DNA of 37,808 nt from Octopus bimaculoides. Its lineage: Eukaryota. The stretch is from contig NC_068981.1 of the NCBI RefSeq assembly GCF_001194135.2, positions 10,224,241-10,262,048 of the forward strand, given 5' to 3'. The notes below the pieces were generated by a model. It did not search any database, was not told the origin of the DNA, and saw nothing but the letters and a program-made list of their open reading frames with translations. Below, piece after piece: positions 22,861-34,754 of this stretch. The position numbers were made by a program, and so were the translations under genes. How positions within the stretch are numbered: position 1 is the stretch's first letter; every line of letters starts with the position of its first letter.

Positions 22861-23489
22861 ATGATATGTACACATACACACACACACACAAAGCGGTGCT
22901 ACAGCATGGCCACAGTCACAATGACAGAAACAAGTAAAAGAATGAGAAAAAGAATATAATAATAATAATAATAATAATAGAAGAAGAAGAGAAAGAATCT
23001 ACCAACATGGCTGAAAAATACAGAAATCAGTATTGCTTGGAACTGCAAAAATTCTTCGCAGGGTTCTTGAAGTATGACCAGTTAACAAGTGTCACTTTCC
23101 ATCATACCCAGCGAAATAAGCTGTGTTTTCATATATTGATGATAATAATAATAATAATCCTTGGATGGAATTTATAAGCATTGAATGCATCGCTACGCGC
23201 GTTTCCACAGTTCGCATGACTCTTACGATCACAGTCCGTATTCCTAGGATGGTTACAGGGCAGTCCGTAGTATCTGTGGGCATCGGGTTGATCATCTTCA
23301 TGGATTCATTCCTTCAGTTGATATAACATTAATGGATGTACAACAGAGGGATGTTTATCCCTTTTTACCAGTATGAGGGATAAATATCTCTCTGTTTTAC
23401 AGTTCGAAGCAACCCTAAGAAACTGGTTCACCAATCAGCATATTTAGGAGCTTTATTTGCATATTCAACACGTCTCCCATAAACAAATT

Positions 23490-23529
<40 letters not shown>

Positions 23530-23736
23530 TCATAAGAGTAGTACAACAAGGTACCGATATTTACTGGACAATAGCAATCGATATAAATACGATGCTATTG
23601 TATAGATTCACTGCGTATATACTGGCAAAAATGCGTGTGTGCAACAAAACATGAAAAACTTGTCTTACCTCAGGAAGAAATTCGAAAATGGACAACCCAG
23701 AATAAGGATAATGCAGTACCCAGGTTTCAGACTTTT

Positions 23737-23780
23737 CAAATACGTTTCACAACGCAAATCTGATTAGTCTTCATCAGTTG
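23737..23780 (-). ncRNA. Decayed hammerhead-like motif
   Basis: Minus strand: caa-CTGATGA-AGACTAATCAGATTTGCGTTGT-GAAA-CGT-A-TTTG. Cores and ACGU palindrome are present; stems I and II are degraded. Confidence 0.4.
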
Positions 23781-24889
23781 CATTTACCTAGACAACATTT
23801 CAAATGTTGCTACATCAATGCCAAGTATACTCGCCCGAACGCCAAGCCGTTAACAGAACTGAGAACAGTGAAGAAGTTATCAATGNNNNNNNNNNTGCTA
23901 CATCAATGCCAAGTATACTCGCCCGAACGCCAAGCCGTTAACAGAACTGAGAACAGTGAAGAAGTTATCAATGAAAAATATTTCAATACAAATGTATTAA
24001 TACAAATGTATCAATTTCCAGCAAAAAATAGCCCTATAAGGGTATATATATAAATTCATAAGAGTAGTACAACAAGGTATATATACATATGTATGTACAC
24101 ACACTGCAACACATTGTTTTATCTTGGATTATCTCACATTGGGATTGTTCTTCTAGACTCGTGGTTACTGCCTCGTGTTTCCAGGCTTTATGCTTGCAGT
24201 CAACGTATTATCACCTGTGAGGAGTGAGGATTTAAAAACATTAGTTAATCTGTTCGATTCAGGCAGCGAGCTTGAAAACATTGCTTTAATATTTACGGTT
24301 CTGGACTTTGTTAGACAATATCGGTAGTGAGTACGATTATTATAGGAAGCGGTTTTTATTTAATTTAATTTTTATCTATTTAAACAACTGCGAGCGAAGT
24401 CACAAGCATTATTTACCAAAGCAGAGTGTGACTTACGCTCAGGTCAAAGAATGAAGATGAAACCAAAATATTATAAACCAACAGAGTTTTTGACATATAC
24501 GAGCAGATGAGGCAATTAAATGTTTTAGAGATTCCATTCTCTTGCCGTTTATTCATATTGGTATATTGTTCCATTTCAATTTTCTTTAAGCATTACTGGA
24601 TAAGATATTCGAAATTGATTGTCACAAAATACAAATTATGAAGTTCGTGTACGAAAAATAATTGAATCTACTTCGTGATAAATCACAACGTCTACATCTA
24701 TCTGATGACTTCACATTGAATGTTATAGAAATATGAAATAATAGTCAAGTTTTAAATCAATATAATACATTGCCATAATGTATTAGTATTAATGGTTCAA
24801 TAGCTTGCGTTGCTTTTGTAAAGTGTATACGTCTCAAGTGTAAATTTGCTGCTGTTAGTGCTAATTGTTTCTCGTACTTTCTCTTGCAG

Positions 24890-24956
24890 CGGGTCATGAA
24901 GCGGATTGTGAAGCGTTACATATTCGATATGCAGAGGGAGAACGACACAAATGAAG
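24890..24956 (+). CDS. TRPC-family channel exon F (rib helix)
   Basis: ctttctcttgcag| ... GAAG|gtgaga; 67 nt. RVMKRIVKRYIFDMQRENDTNE(G), similar to TRPC3/6/7 QIMKRLIKRYV...NEG. Confidence 0.92.
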
Positions 24957-25654
24957 GTGAGAAATTCGATGAAATGAAAATAGAAATTTTGATATTATGA
25001 ATTATCCATTGTTAGTTTTATATATTAGTCAGTTAATAAGTATCGTTAGAGAATCGAGCAAAATTCCTAGTGGTATTTTCTTCAACTTCTTCGTATTTTG
25101 ATTTCAAATCCCGGTGAGAGTATAAAGTGCTGGAGCCAATTTAATTTGACACTGGTATCTTCCAGGCTTCTCCAACCACGTTATTATGACAGAGAATTAT
25201 TAGCTAATATTTTTTTCCTGCGTGCTTCTTGTGCATTAAGAGTGTTGTTAAAAGGTACAGTATCCCTGTGAGAACAGCGACCCCGGGTAATATTAGCTAT
25301 AAAACATGGAACAATGGTTGAAAAATCCTGTAATTAGGGAAACGTGAAACGTCTTCTTCTATGGTTGGCGAAAGTTGACAGAAAGAAAATTAGCTACACT
25401 TTTTCGATCTAAAAAGAACAATGAATAATACGTTCACTGATATTGCGAAAAGCTTGTCGGGATAAAATAAATTGGAAGTGGCTGATTGATTCTTTGTAGG
25501 CGTGTAACTACAGGTTACAGGTCATTGACAATCTCCAAGAGGGGCAAAATGACTCTAGCGTTCCCGTGAGTCACTCCTAGGAAGAAGTTCGACTCACTCC
25601 GATATATATCGATATATATTGTGTTTTTCAACATAACATTTTTTATCTTTCATC

Positions 25655-25775
25655 TTTTACTTGTTTCCGTCATTAGACTGCAGCTACCACCTTGAACTTT
25701 TTGTCGAACGAATCGATCCCAGTATTTATTCTATCGGTTTCTTTTGCCGAACCGCCAACGTTACGGGAATGTTAG
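25655..25775 (-). mobile_element. SINE family B 3' fragment
   Basis: ttttacttgtttccgtcattagactgc...ttttgccgaaccgc. Confidence 0.6.
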
Positions 25776-26562
25776 CACGCCATAAAGCTCGGTTTGCAAT
25801 CGTGTATGCTTGTCAAGAGCAGGGTTCATTAGCCACCAACGGAGCTGCAAATGCAAAATATAAGTTAGTCCTAGAGCGCTCAATGCTCATGAAGGTCAGA
25901 AATAGTCTTCCTCGGTCACGAGAAGACGGCCATCACACACATTATATATATATATATATATNNNNNNNNNNNNNNNNNNNNNNNNNNNNNNNNNNNNNNN
26001 NNNNNNNNNNNNNNNNNNNNNNNNNNNNNNNNNNNNNNNNNNNNNNNNNNNNNNNNNNNNNNNNNNNNNNNNNNNNNNNNNNNNNNNNNNNNNNNNNNNN
26101 NNNNNNNNNNNNNNNNNNNNNNNNNNNNNNNNNNNNNNNNNNNNNNNNNNNNNNNNNNNNNNNNNNNNNNNNNNNNNNNNNNNNNNNNNNNNNNNNNNNN
26201 NNNNNNNNNNNNNNNNNNNNNNNNNNNNNNNNNNNNNNNNNNNNNNNNNNNNNNNNNNNNNNNNNNNNNNNNNNNNNNNNNNNNNNNNNNNNNNNNNNNN
26301 NNNNNNNNNNNNNNNNNNNNNNNNNNNNNNNNNNNNNNNNNNNNNNNNNNNNNNNNNNNNNNNNNNNNNNNNNNNNNNNNNNNNNNNNNNNNNNNNNNNN
26401 NNNNNNNNNNNNNNNNNNNNNNNNNNNNNNNNNNNNNNNNNNNNNNNNNNNNNNNNNNNNNNNNNNNNNNNNNNNNNNNNNNNNNNNNNNNNNNNNNNNN
26501 NNNNNNNNNNNNNNNNNNNNNNNNNNNNNNNNNNNNNNNNNNNNNNNNNNNNNNNNNNNNNN

Positions 26563-26697
26563 GACAGACAGACTGACAGACAGACTGACAGACAGACTGA
26601 CAGACAGACTGACAGACAGACTGACAGATAGACTGACAGATAGACTGACAGATAGACTGACAGATAGACTGACAGATAGACTGACAGATAGACTGAC

Positions 26698-26760
<63 letters not shown>

Positions 26761-26765
26761 CTGAC

Positions 26766-26815
<50 letters not shown>
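26563..26815 (+). repeat. (GACA/GACT)n to (GATA)n compound microsatellite
   Basis: Directly visible next to the N-gap, about 110 nt upstream of the last acceptor. Confidence 0.9.
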
Positions 26816-26816
<1 letters not shown>

Positions 26817-26924
26817 CAATTCTACTTCCATGCTGGGATTTGTTTGTATAAAAATGTTTATGCCGTTGTGATGTTAAATACCACTCATTACAAAGTACTA
26901 AAATCTCTTTTCATTACCTGGCAG

Positions 26925-27391
26925 GTGATTTTGACGAGCTAAAACAAGATATTTCCAGTTTCCGTTACGAAATGTTAAACCACATATCAACGCATCAAAA
27001 TGACAAGAAAGTTAATCAGGAACAGATAAGCCAGTTACGATCCAGAGTAGACGAACTGGTTCGGCAAAACGATATCATATTGAGTTTGTTACAGAGAGAA
27101 TCGGGTAAAAAACGCATGACAGATTTGGATGCGTGTTTTGACAGTTCTGATAACTCAACGCTCGATATTTACGGGGGCAATATGAATGAATCAACCAGTG
27201 CCCATGAAAGTGTTCAGGATTTATCTGACATGAGTACTTCGCAACATTTATCCGATGAATCGCGAAGTGAAAAACAGGACAGTTTTGATAAAGCGGACCC
27301 TAACGGCAAAGAAGAAACGCACATTCATGTTGATGTAGAACTTGATAAAAATGATACGCCGAATGATGGAAAAGACGATATATCTCTCTAA
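26925..27391 (+). CDS. TRPC-family channel terminal exon G (coiled coil and acidic tail, stop)
   Basis: cattacctggcag|GT completes Gly from exon F. DFDELKQDISSFRYEML matches TRPC E.KQDISS.RYE. Open to TAA at 27389-27391 (ORF 26972..27391). Confidence 0.93.
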
Positions 27392-27444
27392 GGGAAGAGA
27401 ATAACCCTGAATCTTTTCAATGATTTGCCTCAATTTCAATAATG

Positions 27445-27995
27445 ATTGATTATATATATATATATTCATTCATATATATGTGTATATATACATATATACT
27501 TATATTCATATATACACATATATACTTATATTCATATATTCGTTTATATACATACATACATATCTTCGTTTATATATATATATATACATATTCATATATA
27601 CATATTCATATATACATTATATATGTATGTATATACATATAGATATATGTATATACATATTCATATATACATTATATATATATGTATGTACATACATATG
27701 TTTGTATATACATATATATACATATTCATATATACATTATATATGTATGTATATACATATAGGTATATGTATATACATATTCATATATACATTATATATA
27801 TATTTATGTACATACATATGTTTGTATATACATATATATACATATTCATATATACATTATATATATATATGTACATACATACATATGTTTGTATATACAT
27901 ATATATATGTATATATACATTTATATATGTGTATATATATACATGTATATATGTGTATATATACACACATGTGTGTATATATGTATATATATATG
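27445..27995 (+). repeat. AT-rich microsatellite-derived array with 120-bp higher-order unit
   Basis: 27601-27720 versus 27721-27840 differ at 2 positions. Confidence 0.85.
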
Positions 27996-28024
27996 AAAAA
28001 AACTGAGATAATACACAACCAGTC

Positions 28025-28030
28025 AATAAA
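28025..28030 (+). promoter_or_regulatory. Candidate polyadenylation signal of the TRPC gene
   Basis: First AATAAA I noted after the stop codon and the 3' microsatellite block; AT-rich context makes chance occurrence likely. Confidence 0.25.
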
Positions 28031-28249
28031 AATAGCAACTAAATTTGTTTTTAATTGCATTTATGTGGAATTAATTTGAACAATTCAGTAATCTATTTTT
28101 TAACCAAATTTTCTTCAAATATCCAATGAGAACTCTTTCAGATGTTTGTTAATTGTTAACGATCAGAGACAGAACAAAGAGAAAGTTTATAGGCAGACAA
28201 TCTGAAGAAGTTTTAATTTACAGTTTACATAACTTCCTCTATCCTTTCA

Positions 28250-28750
28250 AGTATAACCTCATTCTGGTACGCCTTGTCTCAAATTATATTTTGTTGTGAA
28301 TTTTGTGTGCACGAGTGTGTAAAAGAGGATATATTGAACGTAAGAGAAAGCTCGAATGTGAGTGATATTCACTCAACAACTTGTTATACCTGAACTATAT
28401 ATCCGATATTGTTGAAATTCCCTTACTTGAGAGAGTTAAATTTGGCCTTTGTTATTGGATATAACATTGTATGCTGAGATCTGTAAACACAACATTATGT
28501 CTAATTTTGGAATGGCGGATGTAGTTCTTGTTGCATAGTGCCACAGACAAACAACCACAACTTTAGTACACCGGAAAGATAGGATTCCTTGCTATTAAAA
28601 TTAGTTCTGAGTTACGACGTCGTCTACATGTTAAAGAAATATTTGTTATGTCTTTCAGTATCTTGCCAATCCTGTCTACACAACTTTAGGTATTGATTAT
28701 GTTTAAAACAGACATGTTTACATTTGAGAAAGATTAATTTTGGGATCAAA
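28250..28750 (-). mobile_element. Possible very old Penelope-like fragment
   Basis: Minus-strand pieces NT*SCVDRIGKILK..HNK and NKNYI resemble PLE SYSCM.NI..II..HNK and YIG motifs; frameshifted. Confidence 0.3.
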
Positions 28751-29001
28751 TATTGTTCCAAAGAAAAGGAACTTATATACAAATGTCAACAAAATTTGGA
28801 AGAAATCGTTAGTTATTTACCCGAAACTTGGAGATGAATATAATTGTTTATACGATGTATGGCTGGATACTTATATTCCAATGTTCTAGATTTCTGCTTC
28901 TACTTCATTTGTCCGCAGTATAATAATATTATAAAGCAATGTCAATGTTAACCTTTATGATTTTGGAAGCTTGATTTTGCCTAAAATGAGAAAATATAAA
29001 A

Positions 29002-29042
<41 letters not shown>

Positions 29043-29924
29043 TATAGCAATGCTAAATGCAACCTAAAGATTCTATATAGGTAACTTTAAAGACTAATTT
29101 TGTTCACTGCCTCAATACGTCTTCTGAAAGTTCAGTTTTGTCACTTGTCTGGTATAGTTATGTAACATTTATCTACAAAAGAGCTTGCATCAACAAACGC
29201 ACATGTTTAAACACACATATATGTATTTAAACACATACATATATCTATGAACATAACTACTTATACATAAATATACGTACAAAAATCTACAATTGCATTC
29301 GTACATGCAAATCTATTAATGCATGGTTTAATGCAAATAATTCTTTTTTTTTTTTATTTTTCAAGTTTTTTTTTTTTTTAGAAAATAATGGAAAGGTGAA
29401 GAAAGTAGAGAAAAAAGTGTGGAATTTCTAGTGTAAAAAGTAATAAAATTTTTATTAATATCGATATCGCTCTTGTTTGTTTATTCATAAAGCGCTGACT
29501 ATTCTGTACGAGTGAGTTGACAATTGTTTGACGGTCTCCGGATGGAGCTAAGAGTTTGCGGTTTGCCAAGATGTGCGAGTGTCTAGAATGTGTACGTGTT
29601 TGTACGTATCTGGAGATTGCTTTTGTGTGTGTGTGTGTGTGTGTGTGTNNNNNNNNNNNNNNNNNNNNNNNNNNNNNNNNNNNNNNNNNNNNNNNNNNNN
29701 NNNNNNNNNNNNNNNNNNNNNNNNNNNNNNNNNNNNNNNNNNNNNNNNNNNNNNNNNNNNNNNNNNNNNNNNNNNNNNNNNNNNNNNNNNNNNNNNNNNN
29801 NNNNNNNNNNNNNNNNNNNNNNNNNNNNNNNNNNNNNNNNNNNNNNNNNNNNNNNNNNNNNNNNNNNNNNNNNNNNNNNNNNNNNNNNNCTAAACATAGT
29901 GGGGACAAACGAGGACAGACAAAG

Positions 29925-30062
29925 GGATTAAGTCGATTATCGACCCCGAAAGGATGAAAGGCAAAGTCGACCTCGGCGGAATCTGAACTCGGAACGCAAT
30001 GGTAGACGAAATACGGCTTAGCATTTCGCCCAGCGTGCTAACGATTCTGCCTGCTCGCCGCC
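29925..30062 (-). mobile_element. SINE family A
   Basis: Family A similarity. Confidence 0.8.
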
Positions 30063-30388
30063 TTTACGAAGTAAAATAGTGTTTGTGTGAGAACAGAATA
30101 GAATATTGTCGATTATCTGACGGTCTATGGTATTCATTTCATTTCATTTCAAAGTTTCAGCTCAGAGCTGCGGCCATGCTGATGCACCACCGTGTATCAA
30201 ATTCAATACGGATTGATCAAATATTGAAATTCTTATAGGGCCACGAGGTCATTCAATAAATGTTGAGACATCTATCTGAAGAAATATCACAAAATATGTT
30301 GTTACATATAAAATATTTAATAAATCCTTCACAGTTATTTCCTTGATACACAGAAGTGATTTAATAGTTGTTTGTAGTTTTATTGTAG

Positions 30389-30790
30389 TTGAGTAGGACA
30401 ATGGACAGCTTCTTCTTCCCATGCTTAAGGAGAATACTCGACATCACGTGGCCGCAAAGGGTCCGAAATGAAACGACAAAAGGGTCCAATGAAACGACAA
30501 AAGGCATCAACAGGATCAGTGACGAAATAAGATGCAGATACTGGGACTGGATTGGACATATCTTCACACAAGACTGAAAAAGCGATAGTATGGTGGCACT
30601 AAAGTGGTTGCCTGGGGGAAAAAGAGCAACAGGGCACCCTAAAACCACAGGGCGGAGGACCATTGACAAGCAAAGGAGATGGGAAGGGTGGAGAAGCAGA
30701 GTAGAGACTAGAAGAGTGGCAGAAAACAGAGATGGTTGGAAGGATTGTGTTACGGCCTTGTGTCCCTTGGCAGAGAGAGAAATAAGTTTA
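30389..30790 (+). mobile_element. RTE-clade LINE 3' fragment
   Basis: CLRRILDITW, IRCRYWDWIGH, ALKWLPGGKRATGHPKTT, AENRDGWKDCVTALC match the RTE C-terminal pattern; contains a small internal duplication near 30457-30504. Confidence 0.8.
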
Positions 30791-31302
30791 GTAGATTTAC
30801 ATCTTTCAGATCTCAGCAAAAAATAAAGAATAAATACTGTGACATTAATTGATACATTGACAGGTAAAATTAAATAAAATGCTCAGTTCTTTAATGGCAT
30901 AATAAAAGAAAAATGTCAGCAGTCATTATCCTGTTTGAGGCCCCTGTGGTTGAAGGGATGTAAAGACGAATTATAATCACTGAGATCGGAGACCTAACCC
31001 AAACGTTTGTGACAGAGCTTACTCTGCTAAGGACAACTAAGAGCTTGGTGACGGTGGTAAGCTGACCGACGATTGAAATCTACCAGCCATGAACAGTCAT
31101 CCAGCTTCTAATCGGACAACTTTGGTCAACTTATGGACCTGGTAATATATAATCGTCCAAGGTTCCGAAACCACGTCGTTTCCAAGTGAAGCCGACTCAA
31201 GCTGAAACCATGTTATTTCCAACACTAATAATAAATTTTAAAAAAAATTAAAATAGACAAACTTTTGACGGTTTTATATATATTTCAAAATTATGACGCT
31301 TT

Positions 31303-31332
31303 GTGTTTCCATTATTTTGTCCAACCCCTGTA
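31303..31332 (-). mobile_element. Solo Tc1 TIR of the same family as 4418-4445
   Basis: Reverse complement TA-CAGGGGTTGGACAAAATAATGGAAACAC versus TA-TAGCGGTTGGACAAAATGATGGAAACAC; 25/28 identical. Confidence 0.75.
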
Positions 31333-31737
31333 CATAACATTAGTCCCAGGGGGAGGGGTGGCTGTGAGGTTAAAAAGTTCGCTTCACAAATGCCAGGTTT
31401 CAGTTAGTTCTAACCAACTGCGAACCAATTTCGTCCAATTCTACCAATCCAAAGAAGATTTTTTTTTTCTTTTATCATCAGCATAAAATCAAATTGCAAA
31501 TAATAGTGATTGATCAAGCTTGAAAGTTATTTGTGATTGCTCAAATAACATTGAAAGTAATTGAAATGCTATGCAATGAAGGTTATGTCAGTTCGAAGGT
31601 ATTTGGGAAAATAAAATGAGTGAAATGTTTTCCCCATAGAACTGAAGCAAAACTGTGCTGTCCGATTGCCAGCATCTAACATCTCGTTAAAAGGTACTTA
31701 CAATTCATTTATTACTATTATTAATACTTATTATTAA

Positions 31738-31898
31738 GGCGGCGAGCTGGCAGAATCGTCAGCCGTTGCGTTCTTAGTTCAAATTCCGCCGGGGTCGATT
31801 AAATAAATACCAGTTACGCACTGGGGGCGATATAATCGACTTAATCACTTCCCCCAAATTTGAGGCTTTGTGCTTCAAGTAGAAAGGATGATGATTAA

Positions 31899-31944
<46 letters not shown>

Positions 31945-32780
31945 NNNNNNNNNNNNNNNNNNNNNNNNNNNNNNNNNNNNNNNNNNNNNNNNNNNNNNNN
32001 NNNNNNNNNNNNNNNNNNNNNNNNNNNNNNNNNNNNNNNNNNNNNNNNNNNNNNNNNNNNNNNNNNNNNNNNNNNNNNNNNNNNNNNNNNNNNNNNNNNN
32101 NNNNNNNNNNNNNNNNNNNNNNNNNNNNNNNNNNNNNNNNNNNNNNNNNNNNNNNNNNNNNNNNNNNNNNNNNNNNNNNNNNNNNNNNNNNNNNNNNNNN
32201 NNNNNNNNNNNNNNNNNNNNNNNNNNNNNNNNNNNNNNNNNNNNNNNNNNNNNNNNNNNNNNNNNNNNNNNNNNNNNNNNNNNNNNNNNNNNNNNNNNNN
32301 NNNNNNNNNNNNNNNNNNNNNNNNNNNNNNNNNNNNNNNNNNNNNNNNNNNNNNNNNNNNNNNNNNNNNNNNNNNNNNNNNNNNNNNNNNNNNNNNNNNN
32401 NNNNNNNNNNNNNNNNNNNNNNNNNNNNNNNNNNNNNNNNNNNNNNNNNNNNNNNNNNNNNNNNNNNNNNNNNNNNNNNNNNNNNNNNNNNNNNNNNNNN
32501 NNNNNNNNNNNNNNNNNNNNNNNNNNNNNNNNNNNCGTCGTCGTCGTCGTCGTCGTCGTCAAGGCGGCGAGCTGGCCGGATCGTTAGCACGACGTGTGAA
32601 TTGCTCAGCGGTATTTCGTCTGCCACTACGTTTAGAGTTCAAATTTCGCCGAGGTCGACTTTGCCTTTCATTCTTTCACGGTCAATAAATTAAGTACCAG
32701 TTGAACACTGGGATCGACGCAATCGACTGGCTCCCTCCCCTAAAATTTCATGCCTTGTGCCATAAGTAGAAAGGATCATT
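31738..32780 (+). mobile_element. Two SINE family A copies separated by a (GTC)n array and gap
   Basis: Copies at about 31738-31885 and 32562-32780. Confidence 0.75.
31899..32560 (+). repeat. (GTC)n trinucleotide array spanning an N-gap
   Basis: Pure GTC repeats on both sides of the gap. Confidence 0.8.
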
Positions 32781-33464
32781 ATTGAGAGAGCAGTGTATGC
32801 CATCAAAGTGAAACTGGGGTAAAACATACGAAGCCCAGTATACCCATCATGACTACCCATCTGATAAGGGTACACCAGGTACATGCATCACAACCATATG
32901 TGCACGACATGGTGATCTTATATCAAGGTAAACAGCGCATGACCTTGCAGGTGGAGCCCAGTTAGAATTTTCTTCAGGTCGAGTAACCCATCCCGCTCAA
33001 ATGGTTCTTGAATAAGGGCTGTTTAAGGATACTGAACGAAACACCCATGTTTCCAGAGGTGAATTATCCAAACGCCAAGGAATTCCTCTCAGCACACGGG
33101 TACGACGCTCCCCCACTACTTCTTCCCGTGATCAGAGATGCAAATATCATTAGCCACAAAGGGACATGCTCAACTGGTTAAGGTCAAACAAGTGACAAGC
33201 AAATCTGTGGTATTAAGCAGAATATTTGCTGTAGTCCATCTTTTATACCAAGACAAAGCAATGTACATGATAACACTTCCAATCAGTTAAGAACAGAAGC
33301 CATGAGAGCTAGTGCCTGGTACTGCATCTATTATTATTATCAAGTCGATAGAACAAGTACCAGTTGAGGTCGATGTCTTCCAAAACCTCCTAGCCTCAGA
33401 TTTCAGTCCTTGTGCCTATAGTGGAAAAGATTATTATTACTGTTGATAGATACAGGGTGGGGAG

Positions 33465-34082
33465 CTGGTAGGATCATTAACACCACGGACAAAATGCTTA
33501 GCGACATTTCTTCAGGTTTTGCGCTCTTTGTTCAAATTCTACCGAGGTTGATTTTGTCCTTCATCCTTTCAGGGTCGATAAAATAAATACCAGTGGAACA
33601 CTGGCGGGGCCAACGTAATCGACTGGCCCGTCTCTTGAAATTGCTGGCCTTATGCCAAATCTTGAAACCATTATTATTGACAGATATCAGGCTGGCAGAA
33701 ACGTTATCGTGCTGAACATAAATGCATGACAGCATTTCTTTCCTGCGCTGCACGTTCTAAGTTCAAGTTCCGCCGAGGTCAATATTGCCCTCGATCCTTT
33801 CGGGGTCAATAAAATAAGTACCAGTTGAGCCCTGCAGTGTCCTTGTGCCAGAATTTGAAATCAATATTTATCAATATCTATCATTGATAGATATTGATTT
33901 CAAATTTTGGCACAAAGACATGTTTGGGGAGGGGAAAAGTCGATTACATCGAGTCTAGTATTCAATTAGTACCTATGTTATCGACCCCGAAAGGGTGAAA
34001 GGTGAATTCGACCTCATAAAGATGGACGGAATACCGCTAAGTATTTTGCCCAGCGTACCAACGACTCTGCCAGCTCGCCACC
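33465..34082. mobile_element. SINE family A cluster (+, +, -)
   Basis: Copies at about 33465-33670 (+), 33688-33870 (+) and 33900-34082 (-). Confidence 0.7.
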
Positions 34083-34519
34083 TTAAACACCGTTGATAGA
34101 TATAACCACTAACTTAAACATTCCATTATAATTCCCATCCATTTGAGACACAAAACAAACAACCAACAACAAGAAGAAAAGAATAAGAAGAAAGGGAAGT
34201 TATAATAATTTATTTTCAATGATTTTACAATTTGCCAGTCAGGTGATTACAATATTTGGTTAGTTTGTTCTTTTTTATTCAGTTGATTTGTGCCAAGTAG
34301 ACTCTGAAGTACGTAAACACTCGAAAGGAGAGATAATATTATACAAATCAGTTGAATTGTTAGTGTATCATAGAAGTAATAAACTACGTCAATAGATGAA
34401 ATTTGACAATGAAAGCAATAGATAAATATTAATCGATACACATCTCTGAAAGAAAGTTTTGGCTTCCAGGAATTTTAAATATAAACGCAAATAATTGAGT
34501 TCTTTATTACAACCTAAAA

Positions 34520-34754
34520 CAGTTGTTTTCAATCGGGGTCCAAATGACCCTTGAAGGTGCATATAAGATTTTTTGTTATTTTTGTTAAAATTTATGTGCA
34601 ATAAATTGGTTATATTTCTACAATGCACAAAATATTAAAAATTCTTTTATAGAATTCCGAATAACTATAAAAATATAATAGGATTTTTGAAACATTGAAT
34701 AGCAATGGGGTCCATCCGAGGAAAATAGGAATCAAAGAAGTTTATGAACCGCTG
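34520..34754. mobile_element. Old hAT-like MITE
   Basis: Ends CAGTTGTTTTCAA / rc CAGCGGTTCATAA; flanks ACCTAAAA / ATCTATAA (6/8) as a decayed TSD. Confidence 0.45.

Noticed and set aside
23808-23973. Exact 78-bp tandem duplication
   Set aside because: The copies abut a 10-N gap and are identical: typical unmerged contig overlap, not biology.
24702-24745. CTGATGA followed by GAAA
   Set aside because: No stem I or II pairing and no valid NUH site; chance match.
20683-32688. Long ORFs in the track (e.g. 20683-21951, 25661-26707, 31774-32562)
   Set aside because: They are made of N-gaps and microsatellite translations.
32781-33330. Probable interspersed repeat
   Set aside because: Single copy in the window, with no coding motif, TIR or TSD that I can demonstrate.
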